Shown: positions 38,301 through 52,100 of the stretch, in pieces
How the letters are laid out: every line of letters begins with the position of its first letter
How positions within the stretch are numbered: position 1 is the first letter of the stretch
Assembly (NCBI GenBank): GCA_964035545.1
Contig: OZ037769.1
Coordinates: 186,001 to 250,000 of the forward strand
Reading direction: 5' to 3'
Length of the DNA: 64,000 nucleotides
From: Bugula neritina
Taxonomy: Eukaryota; Animalia; Bryozoa
The notes under the pieces: generated by a model
Seen by the model: only the letters and a program-made list of their open reading frames with translations
Told to the model about the DNA's origin: nothing
Databases searched by the model: none
Made by a program: the position numbers and the translations under genes

Positions 38301-41065
38301 TACAATATGTAGAAGTATATTACAATATGCAGAAGTATATTATAATATGTAGAAGTATATTATAATATGAAGAAGTATATTATAATATGTAGAAGTATAT
38401 TATAATATGTAGAAGTATATTATAATATGCAGAAGTATATTATAATATGTAGAAGTATATTATAATATGTAGAAGTATATTATAATATGTATAAATATAT
38501 TACAATATGTAGAAGTATATTATAATATGCAGAAGTATATTATAATATGTAGAAGTATATTATAATATGAAGAAGTATATTATAATATGTAGAAGTATAT
38601 TATAATATGAAGAAGTATATTATAATATGAAGAAGTATATTATAATATGAAGAAGTATATTATAATATGTAGAAGTATATTATAATATGAAGAAGTATAT
38701 TATAATATGTAGAAGTATATTATAATATGTAGAAGTATATTATAATATGCAGAAGTATATTATAATATGTAGAAGTATATTATAATATGTAGAAGTATAT
38801 TATAATATGTATAAATATATTACAATATGTAGAAGTATATTATAATATGCAGAAGTATATTATAATATGTAGAAGTATATTATAATATGAAGAAGTATAT
38901 TATAATATGTAGAAGTATATTATAATATGTAGAAGTATATTATAATATGCAGAAGTATATTATAATATGTAGAAGTATATTATAATATGTAGAAGTATAT
39001 TATAATATGTATAAATATATTACAATATGTAGAAGTATATTATAATATGCAGAAGTATATTATAATATGTAGAAGTATATTATAATATGAAGAAGTATAT
39101 TATAATATGTATAAGTATATTATAATATGTAGAAGTATATTATAATATGCAGAAGTATATTATAATATGCAGAAGTATATTATAATATGTAGAAGTATAT
39201 TATAATATGTAGAAGTATATTATAATATGTATAAATATATTACAATATGTAGAAGTATATTATAATATGCAGAAGTATATTATAATATGTAGAAGTATAT
39301 TATAATATGAAGAAGTATATTATAATATGTAGAAGTATATTATAATATGAAGAAGTATATTATAATATGAAGAAGTATATTATAATATGAAGAAGTATAT
39401 TATAATATGTAGAAGTATATTATAATATGAAGAAGTATATTATAATATGTAGAAGTATATTATAATATGTAGAAGTATATTATAATATGCAGAAGTATAT
39501 TATAATATGTAGAAGTATATTATAATATGTAGAAGTATATTATAATATGTATAAATATATTACAATATGTAGAAGTATATTATAATATGCAGAAGTATAT
39601 TATAATATGTAGAAGTATATTATAATATGAAGAAGTATATTATAATATGTATAAATATATTACAATATGCAGAAGTATATTATAATATGTAGAAGTATAT
39701 TATAATATGTATAAATATATTACAATATGTAGAAGTATATTATAATATGCAGAAGTATATTATAATATGAAGAAGTATATTATAATATGAAGAAGTATAT
39801 TATAATATGTATAAATATATTACAATATGCAGAAGTATATTATAATATGTAGAAGTATATTATAATATGAAGAAGTATATTATAATATGTAGAAGTATAT
39901 TATAATATGAAGAAGTATATTATAATATGAAGAAGTATATTATAATATGAAGAAGTATATTATAATATGTAGAAGTATATTATAATATGAAGAAGTATAT
40001 TATAATATGAAGAAGTATATTATAATATGAAGAAGTATATTATAATATGAAGAAGTATATTATAATATGAAGAAGTATATTATAATATGTAGAAGTATAT
40101 TATAATAAGCAGCTACTAACATGTGACTCACCAATGTACTTGCTAACTATCAGGCTGAGTCCCACCTCATCCATCTGCTCCGTGAGTCGCTGCAACTGGA
40201 AGACGTCAGTCGGGCCAATTACTTCCTGTCTCTCGAGGAGAGAGAATAGACTGTAGGCGTCGGTAGCTTCCTCTAGACGAGCCCGGTGAATGCTCATAGA
40301 CGAGCTTCTCATCACTCTTTTCAGCTGCCTCACGTCAGCGGAGATCATCTGCTCTGACAGCTGGTGCAACATCCGTCTGCAACAATACGTCTGCAGTACT
40401 ATACACGTCTGCAACAATACGTCTGCAGTACTATACACGTCTGCAACAATACGTCTGCAGTACTATACACGTCTGCAACAATACGTCTGCAGTACTATAC
40501 ACGTCTGCAGTACTAAACAGACAGTCAATCATCCAATAGGAAGCTTCGTATCACCTGTATGGATTTATTCTGTTCCCATTCTCTTGTATCAATGAATTTA
40601 ATTGGTCGGGTGTTACTCCAATAATCTTCATCAAATCAATTCTCTGGGCTTCAAACAGTAACTCTGCCACAAGTTGTAGCTTCTGTGGGGAAATTTCTCC
40701 GGCAGTTTCTAAAATGCATTGAGATCAGTTTACATTGACCTCTTCGGATCACATAAATTAAGTGATCACAGGAGTGGCTGAGTGGTAGATTAATATTTGT
40801 TTAGTGCAAACAGTACCCTGGGAGATATGAGAAGTAAACATTGCTCAGTGAAGTAATATGCAAGCTCTTGTAACACTAAACAAAGTGATAAATATCAACT
40901 TGACCTCTTACCAAGAGCGTCGAAGAGGTCAAGTGACGAAGTGACTTCTTCCAACTTGTTGGGTCTGATTATATCTTTACACAAGAACTTCAGTACAACC
41001 AAATCATCCTTCGCCAGGCTGTCATCCAGGTGTTTCAACTTTGTGAGGTACGAACGAGGATCCAT
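35357..41065 (-). CDS. CASP8: Caspase-8-like initiator caspase (two DEDs + p20/p10), ~9 exons
   Basis: DED1 (MDPRSYL..LKFLCKD..DLFDAL, RIDL), DED2 (YRRMLHQLSEQM..LFSLLERQEVIG), GICLIINN, CCILSHG, KPKIFFVQACQG, linker LETD|S, DFLLGLATVPGFVAYR, GSWYIQALC, TLRKRVYL. QACQG with tandem DEDs defines the caspase-8/10 type. Confidence 0.92.
35606..35842. repeat. 20-bp intronic minisatellite (GATAACAYAGTAYAGTATAT)
   Basis: ~11 copies in the last CASP8 intron. Confidence 0.93.
35976..36229 (-). repeat. 29-bp array containing CASP8 acceptor (ATCTGTAG|AAT)
   Basis: ~9 copies making up nearly the whole intron; the last copy is the in-frame acceptor. Confidence 0.9.
36782..37059 (-). repeat. 37-bp array = 19 nt CASP8 exon end + GTATGT donor, 8 copies
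   Basis: GGTTCATCYCTAGACTGTA|GTATGTATATTTCTTACT. Confidence 0.93.
37671..40105. repeat. 2.4-kb 20-bp satellite (AGAAGTATATTATAATATGW) in a CASP8 intron
   Basis: ~120 copies with recurring variants. Confidence 0.97.
40374..40513 (-). repeat. 32-bp array containing CASP8 acceptor (TGCAG|ACG)
   Basis: ~4 copies, each with two GCAG|ACG motifs; real junction gttgcag|ACGGATG. Confidence 0.9.
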
Positions 41066-41738
41066 TTTCCTTCCACACAGCTGGAGTTCACAAGAAGTGA
41101 AGAAAAGTTGGCCTAAAATGAACAGATTATAACTAGTGGGGACTAACATTCATTCCTACCAGCTTAAAACCTGTTGTCATCAGGTCTATGTTAATATGAC
41201 AAACAATGTGATGTGATATGTTACACATTAATATACTTTATATCAATCTTATTCACAGTAACATAATACGCACTCACAGCAATATGTATAATATAATTTA
41301 GAAAAACTTAATAATATGACTAGTCCTAGCCATACCCATAGGCCATACTGATACTCATACTCAATACACACGTGATTGTGATTGAGTTTGATTTTGAAAC
41401 ATACTTCTGCTTCACCATAGAGTATAAACTAAAACTATAACTATCGGTGTCACTATCAATATGACTATAGTATTAGTATAACTATAAGTATTCCTATTAG
41501 TATTAGTATTAGTTAATCAATATCATAATCATAACGTAAATGTTATATACTATTACTATTAGTATTAGTGATAGTATTACTATATAGTAATAGTATACTC
41601 ACTTTCACTTTTATCTTGATTTTATCAAACTAATGCTCATTGTGATTATGAACTGCGGTCACTGTTGCTAAAAACTCAAGCAGTGCGATTAGAATGAAAT
41701 GAGTACAACATTTTTGCCCATGACTATAAGTTCAAGTA

Positions 41739-41842
41739 GGGGAATCCCTGAAATGATCTGGAAAAGTTTTCACAATCATCTTGGTTAGATACAGTTAGTA
41801 GGACTCCCACTACACTGGGATTTCATAGAAGGGAAGTTCCCC
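41739..41842. promoter_or_regulatory. Clustered NF-kB-like (GGGRNNYYCC) sites upstream of CASP8
   Basis: GGGGAATCCC 41739-41748 and GGGAAGTTCC(CC) 41831-41842 in an otherwise AT-rich region. Confidence 0.5.
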
Positions 41843-43188
41843 GTTTATGACATTTAGACTGTGAATCATAGTATTGATACAAAACAGCACTTCGTAGAAA
41901 AGTTTCAATGACGACCTAATCTATCGATATAATATTATATTGTAGAGGCTATAAACTAAAAAAAGTTCTTATTCAGTGGCACATTGGACTCGCTAATTCT
42001 CAAAAGCAAATAACTCCAAGGTTGTTTTAACGGTTTGCAATAATTTTTCTATGAGTTGTCTACTCGAAAAAGCTTTATATAATATGCCTATCTACTGCTT
42101 GATCAATTGTGGTTTATGAAAATCTACAGATCTTTACTGAAGTATGATGCGCTGCACAACAATTTTAACTAATAGAGCACTAATATGGTTACATATATTA
42201 TGATATCAAAATATAAAACTTACTACAAATGACTTGAGGGTAGTTCTTCTCTACTCCACTTACAACAAGCATGCACTTTAGAACTTAAGTTTCATCATAA
42301 TTTTATGATTAAAGAAAAAAATGAACCATTTGCAGGTGTTCAGAATGATAGTAATTGAAAGATATGGAAAATATTAGCATCTATAAATTGGATGAAACCA
42401 GATTGAGAACAGAGTAGTTGCAAAGCAATACTATGTGTGGAACGTGGACCAACACATGGGAGTTGTCTGCTGTCTTCACACTGAGTTCCAAAAGCCTAAC
42501 GACTCAACCTTGAACTTGTTACACTAGTTCTAATTGATTATTTTGTACATTTCATATAACACCATGTTGAATGGGCACAGGTGGGTAGCTCAATCTGTTT
42601 ACTAACTAAGCAACTGCAATCTTCTTCTTGGCGAAGTGCTTTTCTACCTCCAGGAGTCAAAGATATTGCTGAGAAGTCAGCTATATGCAACATATGATGC
42701 ATAAATTACTTGAAGCCCACATGCTGTAGTCAATATTCTGTGAGTGTTTCATGTATAAGAGAAAAGGGTTAGGTTGTGGTACGTCAATCCTAATATTAGG
42801 TGCAGCTGTAACTAGGTTTAGCCGTTGGTCTGTGACTTTCGTCAGCATTGATCATAAATTTGGTAAGGTGAAGGTCATTTCAAAATAGTGACAGTTGAGA
42901 GTAACTATTCCACAACATCATATTTCATATGATGTAAAACACATACACAAATTATTTTAATAAAAAATACAATATCACAGCAAATTGATTTAAATGAATC
43001 TGAACAGTAAATAAATAGTTTGTATTTAAAACATTCAATAAAGATTATATCACAGTGTAAAGTGGCACTAATAAAAAAATAATATATAATTGAGGAATGT
43101 GATGAAGTTAAAAATAAAAAGTGAAACACTTCGAGTATAGAGCAACTAAACTTTATTACTAAAAGCTTCTGTTTGTAAAAACTAAGCT

Positions 43189-46100
43189 TTAAGTATCAGT
43201 TTGATAGACTGAGATTCTGCTGCATTCGGCCGAGTTGTCCCCAGTGCAAGTTGTGGAGCATTCATGGCTCTCAGTCTGACCATAGCGATTCGGGTCATTC
43301 CCGCAGTAGCAGTCATAATGAGAAACAACTCCCGCATAGTTGAAACCTTTAATTAAATACTGGCAAAGCTAAAATCCTACTCAATGAAATACAGTTTCTA
43401 CGAGAGGCTCAGAAATTTACCTCCCAGCAACGAGAACAGCTTTTAATAAATATAAGGTTACAAGTGAATCACTGGCATAGAAATGGACGATTAAAAAGGT
43501 GTACAAAAAAAGCAATGCATGATTGAAGCAACGTAACTAAACCCTAGCTTGGACTCTTGCTTTCTAACTACCAACAACTGAGAGAGGATTAGCTACCTGA
43601 CTGCCCACATAGACGGATACATTGAGTAACGAAGGCGCTAGTCGTGTCCAAGACAGAGGGGTCGGCATCTGAAAGAGTCTGGAGGGAGATTCTGACCCCC
43701 AGAGCTTTGGGGAGTCCGTCGTAGAAGCAACCTGTAAGCACAGTTTACTGTAACTGTAATATATACTCGATACTGTAACATATACTCAATACTGTAATAT
43801 ATACTAAATACTGTAATATATACTCAATACTGTAATATATACTCGATACTGTAACATATACTCAATACTGTAATATATACTCAATACTGTAATATATACT
43901 CAATACTGTAATATATACTCAATACTGTAATATATACTCAATACTGTAATATATACTCAATACTGTAACATATACTCAATACTGTAATATATACTCAATA
44001 CTGTAACATATACTCAATACTGTAATATATACTAAATACTGTAACATATACTCAATACTGTAATATATACTCAATACTGTAACATATACTCAATACTGTA
44101 ACATATACTAATACTGTAATATATACTCAATACTGTAATATATACTCAATACTGTAATATATACTCAATACTGTAACATATACTCAATACTGTAATATAT
44201 ACTCAATACTGTAGTATATACTCAATACTGTAACATATACTCAATACTGTAACATATACTCAATACTGTAATATATACTCAATACTGTAACATATACTCA
44301 ATACTGTAATATATACTCAATACTGTAACATATACTCAATACTGTAATATATACTCAATACTGTAACATATACTAATACTGCAATATATACTCAATACTG
44401 TAATATATACTCAATACTCTAACATATACTCAATACTGTAACATATACTCAATACTGTAACATATACTCAATACTGTAACATATACTCAATACTGTAATA
44501 TATACTCAATACTCTAACATATACTCAATACTGTAATATATACTCAATACTGTAACATATACTCAATACTGTAACATATACTCAATACTGTAATATATAC
44601 TCAATACTGTAACATATACTCAATACTGTAACATATACTCAATACTCTAACATCTACTCATACGACAACAATGCTAGCTGTGTGCTGTGTGCTGTGTGCT
44701 GGGCGTCTCACCTAGATACTGCGTTCTCCACACTTTAACCCCAGACTTCCTTTCACAGTCCCCGGCGAGGTCCGTCCACCCGGCGTACTCATCTCCACAG
44801 AAACAGCTCGCCTCTCTCAACCCGGCGTAGTTGTATCCTGCAGCATATAGTATAGTATCCTGCAGCATATAGTATAGTATCCTACAGCATATAGTATAGT
44901 ATCCTGCAGCATATAGTATAGTATCCTGCAGCATATAGTACAGTGTAGTGTAGTGTAGTATATAGTATAGTATAGTATAGTATATATAATATAGTGTAGT
45001 ACAGTATAGTATAGTATAGCATAGTATAGTGTAGTATATATAGTATAGTATAGTATAGTATATATAGTATAGTATAGTATAGCATAGTATAGTATAGTAT
45101 AGTATATAGTATAGTATAGTATAGTATATAGTATAGTATAGCATAGTATAGTATAGTATAGTATATAGTATAGTATAGTATAGTATATATAGTATAGTAT
45201 AGTATAGCATAGTATAGTATAGTATAGTATATAGTATAGTATAGTATAGTATATAGTATAGTGTAGTACTTGTACCCTGTAAAATACTTGTAATACAGAG
45301 TAAGAAGTTCATACAATGCAATGCAAATACAATAAAATACAACACAATGCATAACTACGCAAAACACAGCCTGAGAGGCAGCATTACACTATATCAAAGT
45401 ATTATTCTAAACACAGCCTGAGAGACAGCATTATACTATATCAAAGTATTATTCTAAACACAGCCTGAGAGGCAGCATTACACTATATCAAAGTATTATT
45501 CTAAACACAGCCTGAGAGACAGCATTATACTATATCAAAGTATTATTCTAAACACAGCCTGAGAGACAGCATTATACTATATCATAGTATTATTCTAAAC
45601 ACAGCCTGAGAGACAGCATTATACTATATCATAGTATTATTCTAAACACAGCCTGAGAGACAGCATTATACTATATCAAAGTATTATTCTAAACACAGCC
45701 TGAGAGACAGCATTATACTATATCAAAGTATTATTCTAAACACAGCCTGAGAGACAGCATTATACTATATCAAAGTATTATTCTAAACACAGCCTGAGAG
45801 ACAGCATTATACTATATCATAGTATTATTCTAAACACAGCCTGAGAGACAGCATTATACTATATCAAAGTATTGTTCTAAACACAGCCTGAGAGACAGCG
45901 TTATACTATATCAAAGTATTGTTCTAAACACAGCCTGAGAGACAGCATTATACTATATCATAGTATTATTCTAAACACAGCCTGAGAGACAGCATTATAC
46001 TATATCAAAGTATTATTCTAAACACAGCCTGAGAGACAGCATTATACTATATCAAAGTATTATTCTAAACACAGCCTGAGAGACAGCATTATACTATATC

Positions 46101-49100
46101 ATAGTATTATTCTAAACACAGCCTGAGAGGCAGCATTACACTATATCAAAGTATTATTCTAAACACAGCCTGAGAGACAGCATTATACTATATCATAGTA
46201 TTATTCTAAACACAGCCTGAGAGACAGCATTATACTATATCATAGTATTATTCTAAACACAGCCTGAGAGACAGCATTATACTATATCATAGTATTATTC
46301 TAAACACAGCCTGAGAGACAGCATTATACTATATCATAGTATTATTCTAAACACAGCCTGAGAGACAGCATTATACTATATCATAGTATTATTCTAAACA
46401 CAGCCTGAGAGACAGCATTATACTATATCAAAGTATTATTCTAAACACAGCCTGAGAGACAGCATTATACTATATCAAAGTATTATTCTAAACACAGCCT
46501 GAGAGACAGCATTATACTATATCAAAGTATTATTCTAAACACAGCCTGAGAGACAGCATTATACTATATCATAGTATTATTCTAAACACAGCCTGAGAGA
46601 CAGCATTATACTATATCAAAGTATTATTCTAAACACAGCCTGAGAGACAGCATTATACTATATCAAAGTATTATTCTAAACACAACCTGAGAGACAGCAT
46701 TATACTATATCAAAGTATTATTCTAAACACAGCCTGAGAGACAGCATTATACTATATCAAAGTATTATTCTAAACACAGCCTGAGAGACAGCATTATACT
46801 ATATCAAAGTATTATTCTAAACACAGCCTGAGAGACAGCATTATACTATATCAAAGTATTATTCTAAACACAACCTGAGAGACAGCATTATACTATATCA
46901 TAGTATTATTCTAAACACAGCCTGAGAGACAGCATTATACTATATCAAAGTATTATTCTAAACACAGCCTGAGAGACAGCATTATACTATATCATAGTAT
47001 TATTCTAAACACAGCCTGAGAGACAGCATTATACTATATCATAGTATTATTCTAAACACAGCCTGAGAGACAGCATTATACTATATCAAAGTATTATTCT
47101 AAACACAGCCTGAGAGACAGCATTATACTATATCAAAGTATTATTCTAAACACAGCCTGAGAGACAGCATTATACTATATCATAGTATTATTCTAAACAC
47201 AGCCTGAGAGACAGCATTATACTATATCATAGTATTATTCTAAACACAGCCTGAGAGACAGCATTACACTATATCATAGTATTATTCTAAACACAGCCTG
47301 AGAGACAGCATTATACTATATCAAAGTATTATTCTAAACACAGCCTGAGAGACAGCATTATACTATATCAAAGTATTATTCTAAACACAGCCTGAGAGAC
47401 AGCATTATACTATATCAAAGTATTATTCTAAACACAGCCTGAGAGACAGCATTATACTATATCAAAGTATTATTCTAAACACAGAGTGAGAGACAGCATT
47501 ATACTATATCAAAGTATTATTCTAAACACAGCCTGAGAGACAGCATTATACTATATCATAGTATTATTCTAAACACAGCCTGAGAGACAGCATTATACTA
47601 TATCAAAGTATTATTCTAAACACAGCCTGAGAGACAGCATTACACTATATCATAGTATTATTCTAAACACAGCCTGAGAGACAGCATTATACTATATCAA
47701 AGTATTATTCTAAACACAGCCTGAGAGACAGCATTATACTATATCAAAGTATTATTCTAAACACAGCCTGAGAGACAGCATTATACTATATCATAGTATT
47801 ATTCTAAACACAGCCTGAGAGACAGCATTACACTATATCATAGTATTATTCTAAACACAGCCTGAGAGACAGCATTATACTATATCAAAGTATTATTCTA
47901 AACACAGCCTGAGAGACAGCATTATACTATATCAAAGTATTATTCTAAACACAGCCTGAGAGACAGCATTATACTATATCAAAGTATTATTCTAAACACA
48001 GCCTGAGAGACAGCATTATACTATATCAAAGTATTATTCTAAACACAGCCTGAGAGACAGCATTATACTATATCAAAGTATTATTCTAAACACAGCCTGA
48101 GAGACAGCATTATACTATATCAAAGTATTATTCTAAACACAGCCTGAGAGACAGCATTATACTATATCATAGTATTATTCTAAACACAGCCTGAGAGACA
48201 GCATTATACTATATCAAAGTATTATTCTAAACACAGCCTGAGAGACAGCATTATACTATATCATAGTATTATTCTAAACACAGCCTGAGAGACAGCATTA
48301 TACTATATCAAAGTATTATTCTAAACACAGCCTGAGAGACAGCATTATACTATATCAAAGTGTTATTCTAAACACAGCCTGAGAGACAGCATTATACTAT
48401 ATCATAGTATTATTCTAAACACAGCCTGAGAGACAGCATTATACTATATCAAAGTGTTATTCTAAACACAGCCTGAGAGACAGCATTATACTATATCAAA
48501 GTATTATTCTAAACACAGCCTGAGAGACAGCATTATACTACATCAAAGTATTATTCTAAACGCAGAGTGAAGTTGTCTCACCACGGACTCCACAATACTT
48601 CACACAATCCACCTCTTTAATGACAAATCTCTTGCTTATTCCATCCCCAACACCTCTGTAACATCCCAGGTAGGCCAGAGTCTTAGCTGAAACACCGACC
48701 AATCATATTACAGCAGCCGATTCAATGAATAAATGTCAACTAGATGTATTGTATGTTTGAGTGTATATTTATAGCAATACATACGGGCAACTCCGGTTCG
48801 TATAACACTGTTTCTCCAAGTTCCACCACTAGCTAGAGATATGGGAGACGATTGACAGTCAAACTGGGGGCTCTCTATGTACCTGTTAAAGTCATCTCCG
48901 CAGTAACACAAGTAGCCATCTTGTAGGGCGCCGTACATGTACCCTGTCAACACCAGTACATAGTTATACATCTAATAGCACATAGTTATACATCTAATAG
49001 CACATAGTTATACATATAATAGCACATAGTTATATATCTAATAGCACATAGCTATATATCTAATAGCACATAGTTATACATCTAATAGCACATAGTTATA

Positions 49101-52100
49101 CATATAACAGCACATAGTTATACATCTAATAGCGCATAGCTATATATCTACTAGCACATAGTTATATATCTAATAGCACATAGTTATACATCTAATAGCA
49201 CATAGTTATACATATAATAGCACATAGCTACACATCTAATAACACATAGTTATATATCTAATAGCACATAGCTATACATCTAATAGCACATAGTTATACA
49301 TCTAATAGCACATAGCTATACATCTAATAGCACATAGCTACACATCTAATAGCACATAGCTATACATCTAATAGCACATAGCTATACATCTAATAGCACA
49401 TAGCTACACATCTAATAGCACATAGCTATACATCTGATAGCACATAGCTATACATCTCACCTTCCCTCTCGCAAAAGTTCAGACATGTTGGTAGATCTGA
49501 CATGAAATCCGGCAGCCATATTCGATGACTCAGAGAATGAAGTGTAGCGTCTTTGAAGCAGCCTAATGACATCATAAAACCTTATTAGTGTTACACCATA
49601 TAGCTAGTACTGTAGCGTTACACCATATACCCATATAGTTAGTACTGTAGTGTTACACCATATAGTTAGTACTGTAGTGTTACACCATATAGCTAGTACT
49701 GTAGCGTTACACCATATACCCATATAGTTAGTACTGTAGTGTTACACCATATAGTTAGTACTGTAGTGTTACACCATATAGCTAGTACTGTAGCGTTACA
49801 CCATACACCCATATAGTTAGTACTGTAGTGTTACACCATATAGTTAGTACTGTAGTGTTACACCATATAGCTAGTACTGTAGCGTTACACCATACACCCA
49901 TATAGTTAGTACTGTAGCGTTACACCATATAGTTAGTACTGTAGTGTTACACCATACACCCATATAGTTAGTACTGTAGTGTTACACCATATACCCATAT
50001 AGCTAGTACTGTAGCGTTACACCATACACCCATATAGTTAGTACTGTAGTGTTACACCATATACCCATATAGTTAGTGCGGTAGATGGAGTTTATTTTAG
50101 TCCCTCCACAGGTGTTACTCTCATTGGCTGGACACTTCAAGTTACACATGTTGTCTGGATATCCTCCAAAGTATCCGTAAGAGTTACCACAGAGACACTT
50201 TGTTCTGCTCTGTAGCCCAGCGTACTTGAAACCTGCCGCAGGTAAAAAAATTAGTAACACTATGTAGAGTTAGTTCAATAGTTTATTGTTCTGCTCTATC
50301 TAGTATTCAGTAGAGTAGCAGACTTTGACATATTATGACACAATTTGACATATGATGACACATAATGACAAATAATGAGACTTATTGACACAGTTTGATA
50401 CAGTATGACACATAGTGACACAAATTGACAAATCTTGACAGAGTGTGACACCAGACGCACCTCGCATACTACAGTATTCAATGCATCTTCCAACATCATT
50501 GAAATCCCCAAAGTCCACCATGGCTCCATTCAAGTCCCTTTGCCCAGGCTGAACCTCAAAACACCCCAGGTAGCTTCTGTTGCTGAAACCTATAACATGA
50601 AGTTACAGCTACAACTTATCCAACACTCAACATTTTAGCGCAATTCGACTAAAATCACGACAAACATTACCCCTTATCCTTTCCTGAACTTTTTTTAGTA
50701 TTTTATAATTCCATGAAATACTGTACATGCTAGTAAATTCAGCGTTGTCTATTGTTTAGTTTCAGAGTTTACTAAGAATCGCTGTACTACGTACTCAGTT
50801 TCTGCTCTCTACCAGTTAACATACTCTTAGTTATAGAAGATACGAACTATTGAGGTGCTAACCAAAGCTCTTCTCTTGATACACTTCATATCTGTTCGGC
50901 TGCCAGCATTCTTCTCTGTCCTTCTTTACACACATGTAGTTGCAGCTGGCGTCATCGGCCACCCGGCCCTGTCCGTACTGATTGCCGCACGTACAGCGGA
51001 ACTCTGCTAAGGCAGCGTATCTGTACCCTGAGTCATACATATGTTGATATATATTATATTATATACCTTTACTATTACAGTGCGTTAGACAGAGTATATG
51101 TTGATATATATTATATTATATACCTTTACTAATGCAGTGTATTAGACAGAGTATATGTTGATATATATTATATTATATACCTTTACTATTACAGTGTATT
51201 AGACAGAGCAAAGGTTGATTGTAGTCATCCACTGTGATAGGCTCGTTGTTCACATCTCTGGAATATTCCTGGTCTTTATAACATCCAAGATACTCCAGTT
51301 CAACTAAACATATATTCACAGGTATTACACACAGTTACACATAATGCAATAAATCAGTTTATTAGAATATATACATACTTACTACTTACTAGTATATTAG
51401 AATATATACATACTTACTAGTATATTAGAATATATACATACTTACTACTTGGCCATGTTTGTACCTCTTCCTCTGTTTTATGACCTTTAAAAGCAAAGAG
51501 CACATGAGAACACAAATCATAGAGAAGGGCACAGAGTTGCAATATGGAGTTATCATACTCCTATTACTCTGATATATTAGTAATATGGAGTTGTCTCACT
51601 CTTAATACTAACCCGGAATGTCAATTTCATAGACCAAGTAAGTCGCACTACTTCCACAGGAATAATTTCTGCCGGGACAAGGTATTGCGCAATACTTCTC
51701 ATTCAGTATTCTACGTCTTTGGAATTTATCTCCACATGAACACCGTGTGCCTTCTCGCAACGCAATGTAGGAGTAACCTACAAATATGCTACAGTGTGCA
51801 GCTACAATACTAACCCTATATAGCGTGCAGCTACAATACTAACCCTATACAGCGTGCAGCTACAATACTAACCCTATACAGTGTGCAGCTACAATACTAA
51901 CCCTATACAGCGTGCAGCTACAATACTAACTCTATACAGCGTGCAGCTACAATACTAACTCTATACAGCGTGCAGCTAATACTAACTCTATACAGTGTGT
52001 AACTACAATACTAACTCTATACAGTGTGCAGCCACAATACTAACCATACGAAGTACAGTGTGCAGAGCAACTAGATATTCTGTTGTTAATCCCCAAGTTG

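Noticed and set aside
45362-48563. CRISPR-like regular array
   Set aside because: Head-to-tail 47-bp units with no unique spacers, in a eukaryotic intron, with no cas genes.
4037-52044. Introner-type transposons as the source of the repetitive introns
   Set aside because: Arrays share no sequence with each other and show no TIRs or TSDs; each derives from its own local sequence.
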